DNA of 64,000 nt from positions 1-64,000 of IMG/VR virus record IMGVR_UViG_3300036806_000217; one strand, 5' to 3'. The translations under genes were made by a program, and so were the position numbers. Positions 8,956-18,435 of the stretch are shown here, piece after piece. Each line of letters begins with the position of its first letter. The stretch's first letter is position 1. The stretch is from a virus. Below the pieces are notes generated by a model. That model ran no database searches, was not told where the DNA came from, and saw only the letters and a program-made list of their open reading frames with translations.

Positions 8956-9426
8956 TCAGCCGTGCGCTTCCTCTCTCCCTTCGTGGCCATCCTCGGTGGT
9001 CGGCTTGGGCTTCTTTCGAAGAATTTCGAGCATTGCCCGCACATCGGCCACGTCGACCTGCCACGAGTCTGCCGCCTCGTCAGGAGTGAGTGGACGTGAG
9101 CGTACTGACTCTTGCGCCCCTTGGGGTGCGGTTTGCGGTGGGTTGCTTTCGGATTCGGCAAGAAGCTTCTCGACCGTGGTCTCCAGGGCCTTCGCGAGTC
9201 GGGCGAACGGGCGCACATCGGGCATGCGTTCGCCCTTCAGGAGGCGGGTGAGCTGCCCGATGTCCATGCCGGAATCCTCTGCGAGGCGCTTGCGTCCGCC
9301 GGTGCGCCTGCCCGGGGTGATGTCGTACTTCAGGTTCCCACTGGCGTCCTTGACGAGCATTGCCTTGGCCGCGACCACGGCGGCCAACCGCTGAAGTTCT
9401 GACGTGCTCACGTCGTCACCATCCAT
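8956..9426 (-). CDS. Immunity repressor-like HTH protein
   Basis: GGRKRLAEDSGMDIGQLTRLLKGERMPD XRE-type HTH; divergent from the Cro-like gene. Confidence 0.8.
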   Translation of the reverse strand: MDGDDVSTSELQRLAAVVAAKAMLVKDASGNLKYDITPGRRTGGRKRLAEDSGMDIGQLTRLLKGERMPDVRPFARLAKALETTVEKLLAESESNPPQTAPQGAQESVRSRPLTPDEAADSWQVDVADVRAMLEILRKKPKPTTEDGHEGREEAHG

Positions 9427-9468
9427 GTTTCTGATGCTAGCGATCTGACACGCCAGAACAGGCGGACT

Positions 9469-9644
9469 TTGTCAGCTGACAAGCATACAGGTCAAGCCAA
9501 TGTTGGCGCGGGGCACCCCGCAGTCCACACAACACCCCCCACCTTGAGCTTTTCCCTCGTCGCGCACAATGCCGCCCACTTACTTGTCAGATGACATTTA
9601 GCGGTGTAGCTTCATTGTCAGTCGACAAGTTGTCGACTGACAAT
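9469..9644. promoter_or_regulatory. Operator array of switch 1 (four 14-bp palindromic sites)
   Basis: TTGTCAGCTGACAA (9469), TTGTCAGATGACAT (9584), TTGTCAGTCGACAA (9615), TTGTCGACTGACAA (9630). Confidence 0.85.
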
Positions 9645-9661
9645 CATGAAGGAGGTGACCC

Positions 9662-9913
9662 ATGCCCATCACCTTTGACGTCGACCTTTTCCGCAGCGAG
9701 ACCATCGCCGCCGGCCACCAGACCATCGAGCAGATCAGCGAAGCAACCGGCCTCGACATCGCCGTACTCTCGCGACTCCTCAAGAAGCTGCGCCAGCCCA
9801 CCTTCGCCACCGCAGCCCGCTGCGCCAGGCCGTACACCAAGCCACTCGGCGACTACGTGCACTGGAGCGCGGACTCCGAGGCAGAGCTTGAGGTCGAAGA
9901 GGTGGCCGCGTGA
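9662..9913 (+). CDS. Cro-like HTH protein
   Basis: Strong RBS AAGGAGGTGA; TIEQISEATGLDIAVLSRLLKKLRQPTFATA HTH. Confidence 0.8.
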   Translation: MPITFDVDLFRSETIAAGHQTIEQISEATGLDIAVLSRLLKKLRQPTFATAARCARPYTKPLGDYVHWSADSEAELEVEEVAA

Positions 9914-10095
9914 GCCCCGAACGGCGCCTGCAGATCCTCGGCGCGGAATGCGTGGCCGAAATCCACCGCATCGTTGACCAGGCCCCACCGCCGAGCCCCG
10001 AGGTCGTCGAGGAAATCCGGCAGATCTTCGCGCCGGCCGTCGAGCGCTACTACCGCCGCCACGGCACCAAGCAGAAGCAGGTCGCCGCCGCCTGA
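9910..10095 (+). CDS. Small hypothetical protein
   Basis: GTGA overlap. Confidence 0.7.
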   Translation: MSPERRLQILGAECVAEIHRIVDQAPPPSPEVVEEIRQIFAPAVERYYRRHGTKQKQVAAA

Positions 10096-10184
10096 AGCAA
10101 GTTCGGCCGCCGCCCGGGATGCACCCCAGGCAACGGCCAGCGAGACAACCCACCGCTACACAGATCAGAGAGGAGTGGGCGCTC

Positions 10185-10607
10185 ATGCTCATTCTGACAT
10201 CACCACCCGAGACCCTGACCCTCGCGGACGTCTTCCGCCGCGCCGCGCAGGTCATCACCCTGAACGGTCTGGCGAAGGGCGCGTTCGTTGCCCCGCCGGT
10301 CGTCCCGGACGCGCAGGACCGGGTGCACTGGCACGACGAGTCGCTGCGCCCGGTCGACATGGTCGGCGCGATCCGGATCGCGTGCGGCGAACTGCCGACG
10401 ACGTCCGGCGGCCGGCTGGCGATGGCCGCGGTCGAGTTCGCGTCGCTGCGGGTGCCGGGTCAGGCGCCGTGGACGGACGACCGGCCGGACCACATCGAGC
10501 ATTTGGCGGACTGGACGGATCTGACCGCGGTGGATGCGGCGGATGTCGCGAACAAGTTCGTCGACCTGGCCATGGACGCTGCGGCCGTGGGGCGGGTGTC
10601 GGCATGA
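10185..10607 (+). CDS. Hypothetical phage protein (DUF6197-like)
   Basis: GAGGAG RBS; pattern RAAQVITLNGLAKG...DMVGAIRIA...WTD. Confidence 0.6.
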   Translation: MLILTSPPETLTLADVFRRAAQVITLNGLAKGAFVAPPVVPDAQDRVHWHDESLRPVDMVGAIRIACGELPTTSGGRLAMAAVEFASLRVPGQAPWTDDRPDHIEHLADWTDLTAVDAADVANKFVDLAMDAAAVGRVSA

Positions 10608-10849
10608 GCCTCCCCGAGATCGTTCGTTCCCGCGCCGCAGAGTTCGGCAAGGCGCACAAGTACGTGACCTCCGCCGAGGAGCGGGCCCGCGTCGGGGCCG
10701 CGGTGGAGCAGCTGCCTGAGGGCAGCCCGTACCGCGCGTACCTGGCGGATCTGCTGCCTGAGGACCCGGGCCCGTATGTGCCGACCGCGGTGAAGTTGGC
10801 CGCGCGGGTTGCCGAGCTGGAGCAGCAGTTGGCCGGGGTGTCGCGATGA
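10604..10849 (+). CDS. Hypothetical protein
   Basis: ATGA overlap. Confidence 0.65.
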   Translation: MSLPEIVRSRAAEFGKAHKYVTSAEERARVGAAVEQLPEGSPYRAYLADLLPEDPGPYVPTAVKLAARVAELEQQLAGVSR

Positions 10850-11232
10850 GCCTGGACCTCTGGAGCCCCGCCGCGGGCTTGGACGAGCTGACGTACTACC
10901 GCACCGAGGACGACACCGTCTCCTGCCCCTCCGTGTTCTACGGCCACGCGACCGCGGGTGTCCTGTCGTGCATGTCCAGTCAGCCGGGTCACGTCGACCT
11001 GCCGGGCGGCGGCGACTGCGGCGCGCTGGTCGAGGGCTGGCACCTGTTCCGGTGGACGCCCGCGATGGCCGCGGAGTCACGGGCCGTGCTGCTGGAGGCG
11101 TTCGGCGGCTGGGAGTGCCCGTCCTGTGGCCGTCCGTGTTACCGGCAGGGCCGTCGGGGCTGCTGTTCGGCGGCGTGCGAGCTGGCCGAGTACCCGGTGG
11201 ACGACCGCGAGGACGCGGGGGTCGAGGCATGA
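10846..11232 (+). CDS. Cys-rich hypothetical protein
   Basis: ATGA overlap; CPSCGRPC...CCSAAC. Confidence 0.65.
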   Translation: MSLDLWSPAAGLDELTYYRTEDDTVSCPSVFYGHATAGVLSCMSSQPGHVDLPGGGDCGALVEGWHLFRWTPAMAAESRAVLLEAFGGWECPSCGRPCYRQGRRGCCSAACELAEYPVDDREDAGVEA

Positions 11233-11858
11233 CCCACGACCGTTACGGCGAGTGGCCGATCCTGCTGGAGTCGTGCGAGACGCGGCTGGTGTGGGTCGAG
11301 GCCGAGAGTCACGACGAGGCTCTCAAGTACGCCTCCCGCGACTGCTACGACATCTTCAGGAGCGGGGAGCCGACCGAGATAGGCGGCATCAACGCCGCCC
11401 TGCCCGACGAGTTCGACGACGACATGATCCGCGACTCCATTGGCAGGCAGGGCCCAGCGCCGCTGTGCCTGGTGTGCCGGGCGTACATCTGGAATGGCCC
11501 GGACGAGCACCACGACTTCGAGTGCCCGGTATACCGCGCCGGCGTCAAGAGGTACCCGACCAACCCGATCCCGAGGGTGGTTGAGGTGGTGGACCTGCTG
11601 CGGAGCCTCCTGGCGGGCCGTGACGCCGGGGTGGAGAACGACGGCACTCGGATCCGGGTGCAGGTTCGCCCGGAGTCGGTGGCGCAGTGGCAGGCGTGGT
11701 TGAAGCTCATGGCGGTGGACCCGAAGAAGGTCCGGACGCTGGCGACCTACGCGCACGGGATGGGCCGCCTGGGTGGCGACGCAATGTCGTCGGTCGACGT
11801 GATCCTCGTCGGCCTGGGCGTCCCGCAGCTCGACGTGGCCACCGGCGGTGCCTCGTGA
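11229..11858 (+). CDS. Hypothetical protein
   Basis: ATGA overlap; CxxC...H...C motif. Confidence 0.65.
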   Translation: MTHDRYGEWPILLESCETRLVWVEAESHDEALKYASRDCYDIFRSGEPTEIGGINAALPDEFDDDMIRDSIGRQGPAPLCLVCRAYIWNGPDEHHDFECPVYRAGVKRYPTNPIPRVVEVVDLLRSLLAGRDAGVENDGTRIRVQVRPESVAQWQAWLKLMAVDPKKVRTLATYAHGMGRLGGDAMSSVDVILVGLGVPQLDVATGGAS

Positions 11859-12733
11859 CGCTCACTGTCGAGTCCCCGCTGCCGCTGGCCGCCGACCGCG
11901 AGCCCGGCGTGTACCCGGACATCCCCATCGAGGAGTACCACCGGGACCGCATGTCGCTGTCGGTGTCCGGCGCGAAGGAACTCCTCGCGTCCTGCCCGGC
12001 GAAGTTCCGCTACCTGCAGGACCACCCGCAGGCCCCAAGCCCCGCCATGGAGTTCGGCACGGCTCTGCACGCTCTCGTCCTCGGCAACGGGCCCGACATC
12101 GAGGTCTGCGACTACGCCAGCTGGAAGGGCGGCAAGGCCCAGGAGGAGAAGCTCATCGCCCTCGCGGACGGGAAAATCCCGGTGCTGGCGAAGGAGAAGG
12201 CCCAACTCGACGGCATGGCCGCCGCGGTCCGCAACCACCACACGGCCGGCCCCAGGTTCGCGCCCGGGTCCGGCGTGTCGGAGCAGTCGCTGTACCTGCG
12301 GCACCGCGACACCGGCGTGATGCGGCGGGCCCGCCCGGACTGGCTGCCGCACTTCACCGGCGAACGCCTCCTGGTCCCGGACCTGAAGTCCTGCGTCAAG
12401 GCGGACCTGGACTCGATCCAGAAGGACATCGCGAACTACCGCTACTTCATGCAGGGCCCCTGGTACCTGGACCTCATCAAGGGCCTCGGGCTGTGCGGCG
12501 ACGAGGAGCCGAAGTTCCTGTTCGTGTTCGTCGAGAAGTCCGCGCCGTACCTGGTCACCGTCGTCGAGCAGGACCAGACGTCGCTGGACGCGGGCCGCCG
12601 CGAGAACGCCACCGCGCTGCACACCTACGCCGACTGCCTGGCGTCGGGCACTTGGCCCGACTACATGGCGCCGTTCGCCCCCTACATCCCTCAGGTCGCT
12701 CTGCCCACGTGGCTTGAGCGCCAGTTCGTCTAG
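11855..12733 (+). CDS. recE: RecE/ExoVIII-like PD-(D/E)XK exonuclease
   Basis: EEYH...LSVSGAK, AMEFGTALH, RARPDW...DLKS, Y.MQ..WY, FLFVFVEK.APY. Confidence 0.88.
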   Translation: MTLTVESPLPLAADREPGVYPDIPIEEYHRDRMSLSVSGAKELLASCPAKFRYLQDHPQAPSPAMEFGTALHALVLGNGPDIEVCDYASWKGGKAQEEKLIALADGKIPVLAKEKAQLDGMAAAVRNHHTAGPRFAPGSGVSEQSLYLRHRDTGVMRRARPDWLPHFTGERLLVPDLKSCVKADLDSIQKDIANYRYFMQGPWYLDLIKGLGLCGDEEPKFLFVFVEKSAPYLVTVVEQDQTSLDAGRRENATALHTYADCLASGTWPDYMAPFAPYIPQVALPTWLERQFV

Positions 12734-12741
12734 GAGTTTCG

Positions 12742-13845
12742 ATGGATCAGTCCCTTCAGATGCGCCCCGCGGTGCCGGCGACGAGCCAGGCGACGCGCAT
12801 CGAGCAGTCCCGGGCGGAGGCCGAGGTCCTGGCCGCGGTCATGGCCGCCCGCCAGTTCCCCCGCGATGTCGAGTCGGCGCGGGCGGAGATGCAGCGCGCC
12901 TGCCGGTCGATGAGCGTGGCGGAGACGGCGTTTTTCGACTTCAACCGCGGCGACGGCACGGTCCGCGGCGAGACCATTCATCTCGCGAAGGAGCTCGCGC
13001 TGATCTGGGGAAACCTGGACTTCGGCGTGATGGAGCTGTCGCGTGACGACGTGGCCAGGCGCTCGGAGGTCCTGGCGTTCGCGAAGGACCTGGAGCGCAA
13101 CACCCGCTCCTCGGCGATCTTCATCTCGCCGCATAAGCGGGACGTCAAGACCGGGGCGAAGGACCTGGCGAGCCTGCGGGACGTGTACGAGAACAACGCC
13201 AACATGGGCGCCCGGCGGCTGCGGGAGGCGATCTGGGCGGTGCTGCCGAACTGGTTCCGCGCCGAGGCGTCGGAGATCTGCCGTCAGACCCTGAGCCAGA
13301 CCAAGCCGGGCCAGACGTGGGAGCAGCGCGTCGAGTCGACGGTGGCGATGTACCTGGCGGTGGGTGTGCCGTTGGCGCTGCTGGAGGAGAAGGTCAAGCG
13401 GCCGCTCAAGAACTGGGGTGAGACCGAGGTCGTCGACCTGGAGATCACCTACCGGTCGGTGGCGCGCGGCGACATCAAGCGCGACGACGCGTTCCCGCCG
13501 CCGCGGGTCACGATCGAGGAGGCCGCGAAACCAGCGGTTACGCCGGAGCCGGGGGCGACCACTGCCGACGCTCCGGCCTCGGAGGAGCCTTCGGCGGCCA
13601 CCGTCCAGGCCGGGCCGCCCCTGGCTGCCGACGAGGGCGAGCCCGCAGCGCCGATCATGGCGGGCTGGCAGACGGCCTGGCGTGAGGTCGGCGGCATCGC
13701 CAGCGAACTGGGCTGGGACGAGGCGCGGGCCAAGGCGGAGTTCGCGGAGAAGAACCCGACGGTGCCGTTCGACAAGTCCAGCGTCGACGACCTGCGGTTC
13801 TTCGCTGACCACCTCCGGACGCTCACGCCGGCAGGTGTGGCATGA
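12742..13845 (+). CDS. RecT-like ssDNA annealing protein
   Basis: Directly follows recE; SQATRIEQSRA.AEV.AAV..ARQFPRD and DVYENNANMGARRLREAI patterns seen in actinophage recombinase partners. Confidence 0.7.
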   Translation: MDQSLQMRPAVPATSQATRIEQSRAEAEVLAAVMAARQFPRDVESARAEMQRACRSMSVAETAFFDFNRGDGTVRGETIHLAKELALIWGNLDFGVMELSRDDVARRSEVLAFAKDLERNTRSSAIFISPHKRDVKTGAKDLASLRDVYENNANMGARRLREAIWAVLPNWFRAEASEICRQTLSQTKPGQTWEQRVESTVAMYLAVGVPLALLEEKVKRPLKNWGETEVVDLEITYRSVARGDIKRDDAFPPPRVTIEEAAKPAVTPEPGATTADAPASEEPSAATVQAGPPLAADEGEPAAPIMAGWQTAWREVGGIASELGWDEARAKAEFAEKNPTVPFDKSSVDDLRFFADHLRTLTPAGVA

Positions 13846-14363
13846 GTGGCAACTCGGTGACGACCGACCAGTACATGGCCATGTCTCCGGCCGAGCAGTT
13901 CGCCTACCAGCGCAAGCGTTTCGGGGCGATGCGGCGCCTGGTCGCCGAGCACATCGCGCAGGAGATGCGTTCCGGCCAGCACGCCCGCCAGCAGGCGACG
14001 TGGGTGCTGGCCGAGGACCTGGACGACGCGGGCCTCGAACTGGACTACCTGATCCGCAGGTGCATCGAGGCAGCCGGCGCGAACTTCGAGCAGGTGTGGG
14101 TGCGCCCGCCGCAGCAGGACCCGTGGGCCACCGAGACGGCCGCTCGAACCGTGGACCACCTGCAGGCCGAACTCGCCCGCCACATCGCCGGAGCCTACGT
14201 GTCCGGCGGCGATGACCAGGTGGCGCGGGCCCGGGAGTTGGAGACGGCTCTCGACGCGCTCGGGATCAACGTCGACAAGCGGGTCGACGCCCTCGTCCTG
14301 GAGCAGATGCGCATCCCGCCGTCCTACCGCGGCACCAACGGCCGCGCCGACGTGCCGTTCTGA
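13842..14363 (+). CDS. Hypothetical protein
   Basis: ATGA overlap; internal duplicated motif (LVAEHIA / LARHIA...LD..G...D). Confidence 0.7.
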   Translation: MSGNSVTTDQYMAMSPAEQFAYQRKRFGAMRRLVAEHIAQEMRSGQHARQQATWVLAEDLDDAGLELDYLIRRCIEAAGANFEQVWVRPPQQDPWATETAARTVDHLQAELARHIAGAYVSGGDDQVARARELETALDALGINVDKRVDALVLEQMRIPPSYRGTNGRADVPF

Positions 14364-14370
14364 CGCGCCG

Positions 14371-14399
14371 GTGGCCCGCTCCGGCGAGGAGCGGGCCAC
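14371..14399 (+). terminator. Hairpin
   Basis: GTGGCCCGCTCC-ggcga-GGAGCGGGCCAC. Confidence 0.5.
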
Positions 14400-14441
14400 C
14401 CCGACCTACTGATCCACCTACCGCTCATGGAGGCGAACCGC

Positions 14442-15206
14442 ATGACCATCATCCCATCCCGCGACCAGTCGCCGTTCGACGCGATCCGCGAGATCGACGA
14501 CTGGGGCCTCGAAGTATGGCGCGCCCGGAGCCTGCAGCCGCTCATGGCCTACCCGCGCTGGCAGCACTTCGAGCCGGTCGTGAAGCGCGCCATGGCAGCT
14601 GCGGCCAACGTCCACGACGCCGAGGCAGTTTTCACGGTCGAGCGTAAAAACCCCGACGGCGGCGGTCGCCCGCTGCGGGACTACCGGCTCAGCCGCGCCG
14701 CCGCCTACTACGTAGCCATGAACGGCGACCCCGTCAAGCCCGAGGTTGCTGCGGCGCAGGCGTACTTCGTGCGGCAGACCCGCAAGGCCGAGATCGCCGA
14801 AGCCGAACGTCCCGCCCCGGAGCCGGCCACGACGATCTCGTGGGATCAGGCCGCGGCGATCGCCCGCCTTCAGTACGGCTTCGACATCGACACTGCGGGG
14901 CTGCGGGACTTGCTGTCGAAGGGCGGGATCCTCACGAAGGACCTGCGCCCGCACCGCAAGTGGGAGCACCTGTTCTGGCCGCTGGCGAACCGGTGGGAGA
15001 TCCACGCCTACGTCCTGCCGCAGCTGATCCGCTACGCGGTGACGGTGCGACGGCAGTTGGCGGCGGCGGAGGAGGACTTGCAGTTGTCGCTGCCGCTGCC
15101 CATGTCGGGGCTGCTGGTGGAGGCCCCGGCGCCGGTGCAGCGTCCGGCGCTGCTGGCCGACGTGCTTGACCTGCCGCGGCAGACCCGGGGTGGTGACGCT
15201 TCGTGA
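14442..15206 (+). CDS. Phage antirepressor-like protein (DinD/BRO-like N-terminus)
   Basis: SPFDAIR...WRARSLQPLMAY.RWQ.F...DYRLSR.AAYYVAMNGDP.KPEVAAAQAYF. Confidence 0.8.
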   Translation: MTIIPSRDQSPFDAIREIDDWGLEVWRARSLQPLMAYPRWQHFEPVVKRAMAAAANVHDAEAVFTVERKNPDGGGRPLRDYRLSRAAAYYVAMNGDPVKPEVAAAQAYFVRQTRKAEIAEAERPAPEPATTISWDQAAAIARLQYGFDIDTAGLRDLLSKGGILTKDLRPHRKWEHLFWPLANRWEIHAYVLPQLIRYAVTVRRQLAAAEEDLQLSLPLPMSGLLVEAPAPVQRPALLADVLDLPRQTRGGDAS

Positions 15207-15415
15207 GCTCCAACGACTTGTTCATCACCGGCTGCCTGGCCCTGTACGTGGCCGCGCTGGCGTTGTTCACCTACTACTCCTGCCAGAACTCGCAGCCGGC
15301 CCGCGCGGTCGCGGACCTGGTCGAGTCCCCCGCTGTCACTGCCGGCTGGCGCGAGTTGGCGGATGCGGTGTGCGGTCCGCGCCCGGAGGAGGTGTCCGAT
15401 GTCCGCGAAGGCTGA
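15203..15415 (+). CDS. Small membrane protein
   Basis: GTGA overlap; N-terminal hydrophobic segment. Confidence 0.6.
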   Translation: MSSNDLFITGCLALYVAALALFTYYSCQNSQPARAVADLVESPAVTAGWRELADAVCGPRPEEVSDVREG

Positions 15416-15842
15416 CAACGAGCGCCTCGCCAAGGAGAACGAGGAGCTGCGCGCCAAGCTCGCCGAGGCTGAGGCCGACGCTGCGTCGCACCTGGCCAAC
15501 GTGGTGCGGCTGTCCCCGGAGGCCGCGCGCACGAAGGAGGCCGAGGCTGCCCTGGGTCGGGTCCATCAGGATCGTGAGGACGCCTGGGCGCAGGTCGTGG
15601 CCCGGGACACCGAGAACACGAAGCTCGCCAAGGAGCTGGAGGCCGCGATCGCCGCGCAGGGCTCCATGCCCGCCGATCTGATCGCCCTGAAGCGCATCGT
15701 CACGGATCACATCGTCGAGGCGATGACGGGTCCGACGTGGGGCATCGTGCTCGGTCGGCGCCTGCGGACGGAGATGGTCGAGGCGGGGTTCCCGGTGGCG
15801 ACCGAGGTCGAGATCCGCGCCCAGCTTGGCGGCTCCTCATGA
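15399..15842 (+). CDS. Coiled-coil hypothetical protein
   Basis: GGAGG RBS; heptad-rich. Confidence 0.7.
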   Translation: MSAKADNERLAKENEELRAKLAEAEADAASHLANVVRLSPEAARTKEAEAALGRVHQDREDAWAQVVARDTENTKLAKELEAAIAAQGSMPADLIALKRIVTDHIVEAMTGPTWGIVLGRRLRTEMVEAGFPVATEVEIRAQLGGSS

Positions 15843-15985
15843 TCGCCGCTCTCCGCGCCTTCCTGCGCCCCACTCCCCCGCCTCCGCCGCAGCAGCCTTC
15901 GCCCCGCGGCCTGGTGCAGGCGCAGTGGCGGCGGCCGACCCACTCCCCGCCAGCCCGTACCGACCGCCTTGGAGGCGCGTCATGA
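15839..15985 (+). CDS. Small hypothetical protein
   Basis: ATGA overlaps at both ends. Confidence 0.5.
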   Translation: MIAALRAFLRPTPPPPPQQPSPRGLVQAQWRRPTHSPPARTDRLGGAS

Positions 15986-16794
15986 CCACTCTCCGGAGCT
16001 TCTCCTTTGGCGGCGGCGTCCAGTCAACTGCGGCTCTCGTCCTGGCCGCCCAGGGCCGCATCGACTTCCGCACGTTCCTGTTCTCCAACGTCGGCGACGA
16101 CTCGGAGGACCCGAAGACCCTGGTGTACGTCGAGGAGTACGCCCGCCCATTCGCTGCCGAGCACGGCATCGAGCTGACGACGCTTCACCGGATCATGCAG
16201 CGCACCGGGGAGAGCCGGACGCTGTTCGAGGATCTGACGCGCGACGGCTCGAAGTCGCTGAAGATCCCGGTGCGGATGTCGAACGGGGCCCCAGGCACGC
16301 GCTCCTGCACCGCCGACTACAAGATCGGCGTGATCGGCCGGGAGCTGAAGCGGCGCGGCGCGACGGCCCTGCATCCGGCGACGGTCGGGATCGGCATCAG
16401 TGTCGACGAGATCCACCGGGCCAACAACCGGCACTGCGAGCCGCACGAGCGCATCGAGTACCCGCTGCTGGACCTGGGGCTACGCCGCACGGACTGCATG
16501 CGCGTGATCCGCGACGCCGGGCTGCCGGTTCCGCCGAAGTCGAGCTGCTACTTCTGCCCGTTCAAGCGACCGGAGTCGTGGCACGAGCAGCGGCGATCCG
16601 AGCCGGAGCTGTTCGAGAAGGCGTGCCAGCTCGAAGAGCTGCTGAACCGCCGCCGGGACGAGCTGGGCAAGGACCACGTCTGGCTGACGCGCTTCAACAA
16701 GCCGCTGCGGGAGGCGATCCCCGACGGCGTCGACCTGCTCCCGATGTTCGACGAGTCCGACGGCAACTGCGACTCCGGCTGGTGCATGACCTGA
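15982..16794 (+). CDS. PAPS reductase-like (adenine nucleotide alpha-hydrolase) protein
   Basis: PP-loop SFGGGVQSTA, CTADYK, YPLLD, KSSCYFCPF and C-terminal CDSGWC. Confidence 0.85.
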   Translation: MTTLRSFSFGGGVQSTAALVLAAQGRIDFRTFLFSNVGDDSEDPKTLVYVEEYARPFAAEHGIELTTLHRIMQRTGESRTLFEDLTRDGSKSLKIPVRMSNGAPGTRSCTADYKIGVIGRELKRRGATALHPATVGIGISVDEIHRANNRHCEPHERIEYPLLDLGLRRTDCMRVIRDAGLPVPPKSSCYFCPFKRPESWHEQRRSEPELFEKACQLEELLNRRRDELGKDHVWLTRFNKPLREAIPDGVDLLPMFDESDGNCDSGWCMT

Positions 16795-16892
16795 TGCCGC
16801 CGCTCGCCCCCTGACCACTCCCCCGCCCGCCTCCGACCCCGTCACGCCCCGAGCCGGGTCACACCGGCCGCACCCTCACCGAGGAGCACGCC

Positions 16893-17093
16893 ATGCCCAT
16901 CGCTCTCACGCCCCGCCGATCGTGTCGCCCCGTCCTGGACCTGCACCGCGCGGCACCGCACCCGCCGCAGCGCGACTGCCAGATGTGCCACGCCACCGTC
17001 GCCGGGACCTGGCACGGCGACACGTTCGTGTGCGACCGCGCCGGGCACGTCACCGAGCCACTCAGCACCGGACCCATCCGCACCTACGCCTAG
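16893..17093 (+). CDS. Small Cys-containing protein
   Basis: GAGGAG RBS; CQMC...C motif. Confidence 0.6.
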   Translation: MPIALTPRRSCRPVLDLHRAAPHPPQRDCQMCHATVAGTWHGDTFVCDRAGHVTEPLSTGPIRTYA

Positions 17094-17117
17094 CCACCCG
17101 CACCCCTGGAGATCACC

Positions 17118-17750
17118 GTGATCCGCAACACCAGTGCCGACATGAACGACCCGATCAACGCCATGCTGCTCCTCGCCGAAGCCATGGGCCCCGGTGGCAC
17201 TGAGGGGGCCATCGTCGCCCAGGAGAGGCAGGGCCAGCGGGAGCTGGTCCACTCGGACCGGCTGCCGACCGACACCCGCAGCACTGACGCCGAGTTCGCC
17301 GCCCTCGGGTTCACGTTCGGCGAGCCTGACCAGCGCGACCCGATGTTCCGCCCGGCGACGCTGCCCGAGGGCTGGGTCAAGCAGGCCAGCGACCACGACA
17401 TGTGGTCCTACGTCGTGGACGTCCAGGGCCGCCGCCGCGTCAGCTGCTTCTACAAGGCGGCGTTCTACGATCGGTCGGCGTTCATGCGCCTGACCTCGGT
17501 CTACGAGTACGTGGGCCAGTGCGCCTGGGACGGCATCGACCCGATCAGCGACGGCCAGTGGGCCACCCCGGAGGCGCTCACCCGGGAGGCGCAGGCCGCG
17601 ATCGTGCGCTGCGACGAGGCCATCGAGATGTACAGCGGCGAGCGGTACAGCACGGACGACTTCGGCAAGCGGCACGCGGCCGAGCAGCGGGTCCACCGGG
17701 AGCGGTACGCGGCCATCGTCGCCCGCTTCGAGGCCGAGGCGGGTGCCTGA
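17118..17750 (+). CDS. Phage hypothetical protein
   Basis: DPMFRPATLPEGW...DHDMWS...FYKAAFYDRSA pattern. Confidence 0.75.
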   Translation: MIRNTSADMNDPINAMLLLAEAMGPGGTEGAIVAQERQGQRELVHSDRLPTDTRSTDAEFAALGFTFGEPDQRDPMFRPATLPEGWVKQASDHDMWSYVVDVQGRRRVSCFYKAAFYDRSAFMRLTSVYEYVGQCAWDGIDPISDGQWATPEALTREAQAAIVRCDEAIEMYSGERYSTDDFGKRHAAEQRVHRERYAAIVARFEAEAGA

Positions 17751-18184
17751 TGAACAAGCAGCAGTTGACCGAAGCCGTCGCGAAGACCCTCGGCGAGAAG
17801 GCCGCCCCCGCCGCGGTCGAGGCCGTGTTCGACGCCATCACCCGGGAGCTCGCCGACGGCGGCGAGGTCCTGGTGGTCGGCTTCGGAACGTTCCTCAGCA
17901 CGAGGACCGCGCCGCGTCCGGCCCGCAATCCGCGAAACGGCGACCTGGTCCACATCCCGGCCCGGACCCGGCCGAAGTTCCGCCCGGGCCAGAACCTGCT
18001 CGACCTCGTCAACGGCGACCGGCCGGTGCCGAAGGACGGGTCGGCGATCAGGAAGGCATCGAAGGGCACGCGCACCGTGGCGCCGCCCGTCGACGCCAGG
18101 GCGGCGCGTCTCGAGGCCGACCGCAAGGCCGCCGCTGCGGTCATCGCCGGGCGCCGCGTCGCGGGACAGGCCGGTGCCCGGTGA
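17750..18184 (+). CDS. hup: HU-family histone-like DNA-binding protein with C-terminal extension
   Basis: MNKQQL..AVA...GFGTF....R.ARNPRNG....IPA...PKFRPG. Confidence 0.9.
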   Translation: MNKQQLTEAVAKTLGEKAAPAAVEAVFDAITRELADGGEVLVVGFGTFLSTRTAPRPARNPRNGDLVHIPARTRPKFRPGQNLLDLVNGDRPVPKDGSAIRKASKGTRTVAPPVDARAARLEADRKAAAAVIAGRRVAGQAGAR

Positions 18185-18435
18185 GCGCCGAGACCGAGCA
18201 GCCGACCACGCCCGCCGAGGGCAAGTGCACCGCCTGCCAGCAGACCCGTCCCTTGTTCTGGTTCTCGTGGGTCCCGGCCGGCTGGCACGAGTTCAAGGAG
18301 GCGCAGTTGTGCGCCCGCTGCCACTCGGACGCCACCATCGCGGACGAGAACGAGCAGCCGATGCCGTGGATGGACCTGTTCCTGAACGGCACCGACGAGC
18401 AGCTGGCCGCCCTGGTGTCGAAGGGCGGTGCCTGA
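18181..18435 (+). CDS. Small Zn-finger-like protein
   Basis: GTGA overlap; CTAC...CARC. Confidence 0.65.
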   Translation: MSAETEQPTTPAEGKCTACQQTRPLFWFSWVPAGWHEFKEAQLCARCHSDATIADENEQPMPWMDLFLNGTDEQLAALVSKGGA

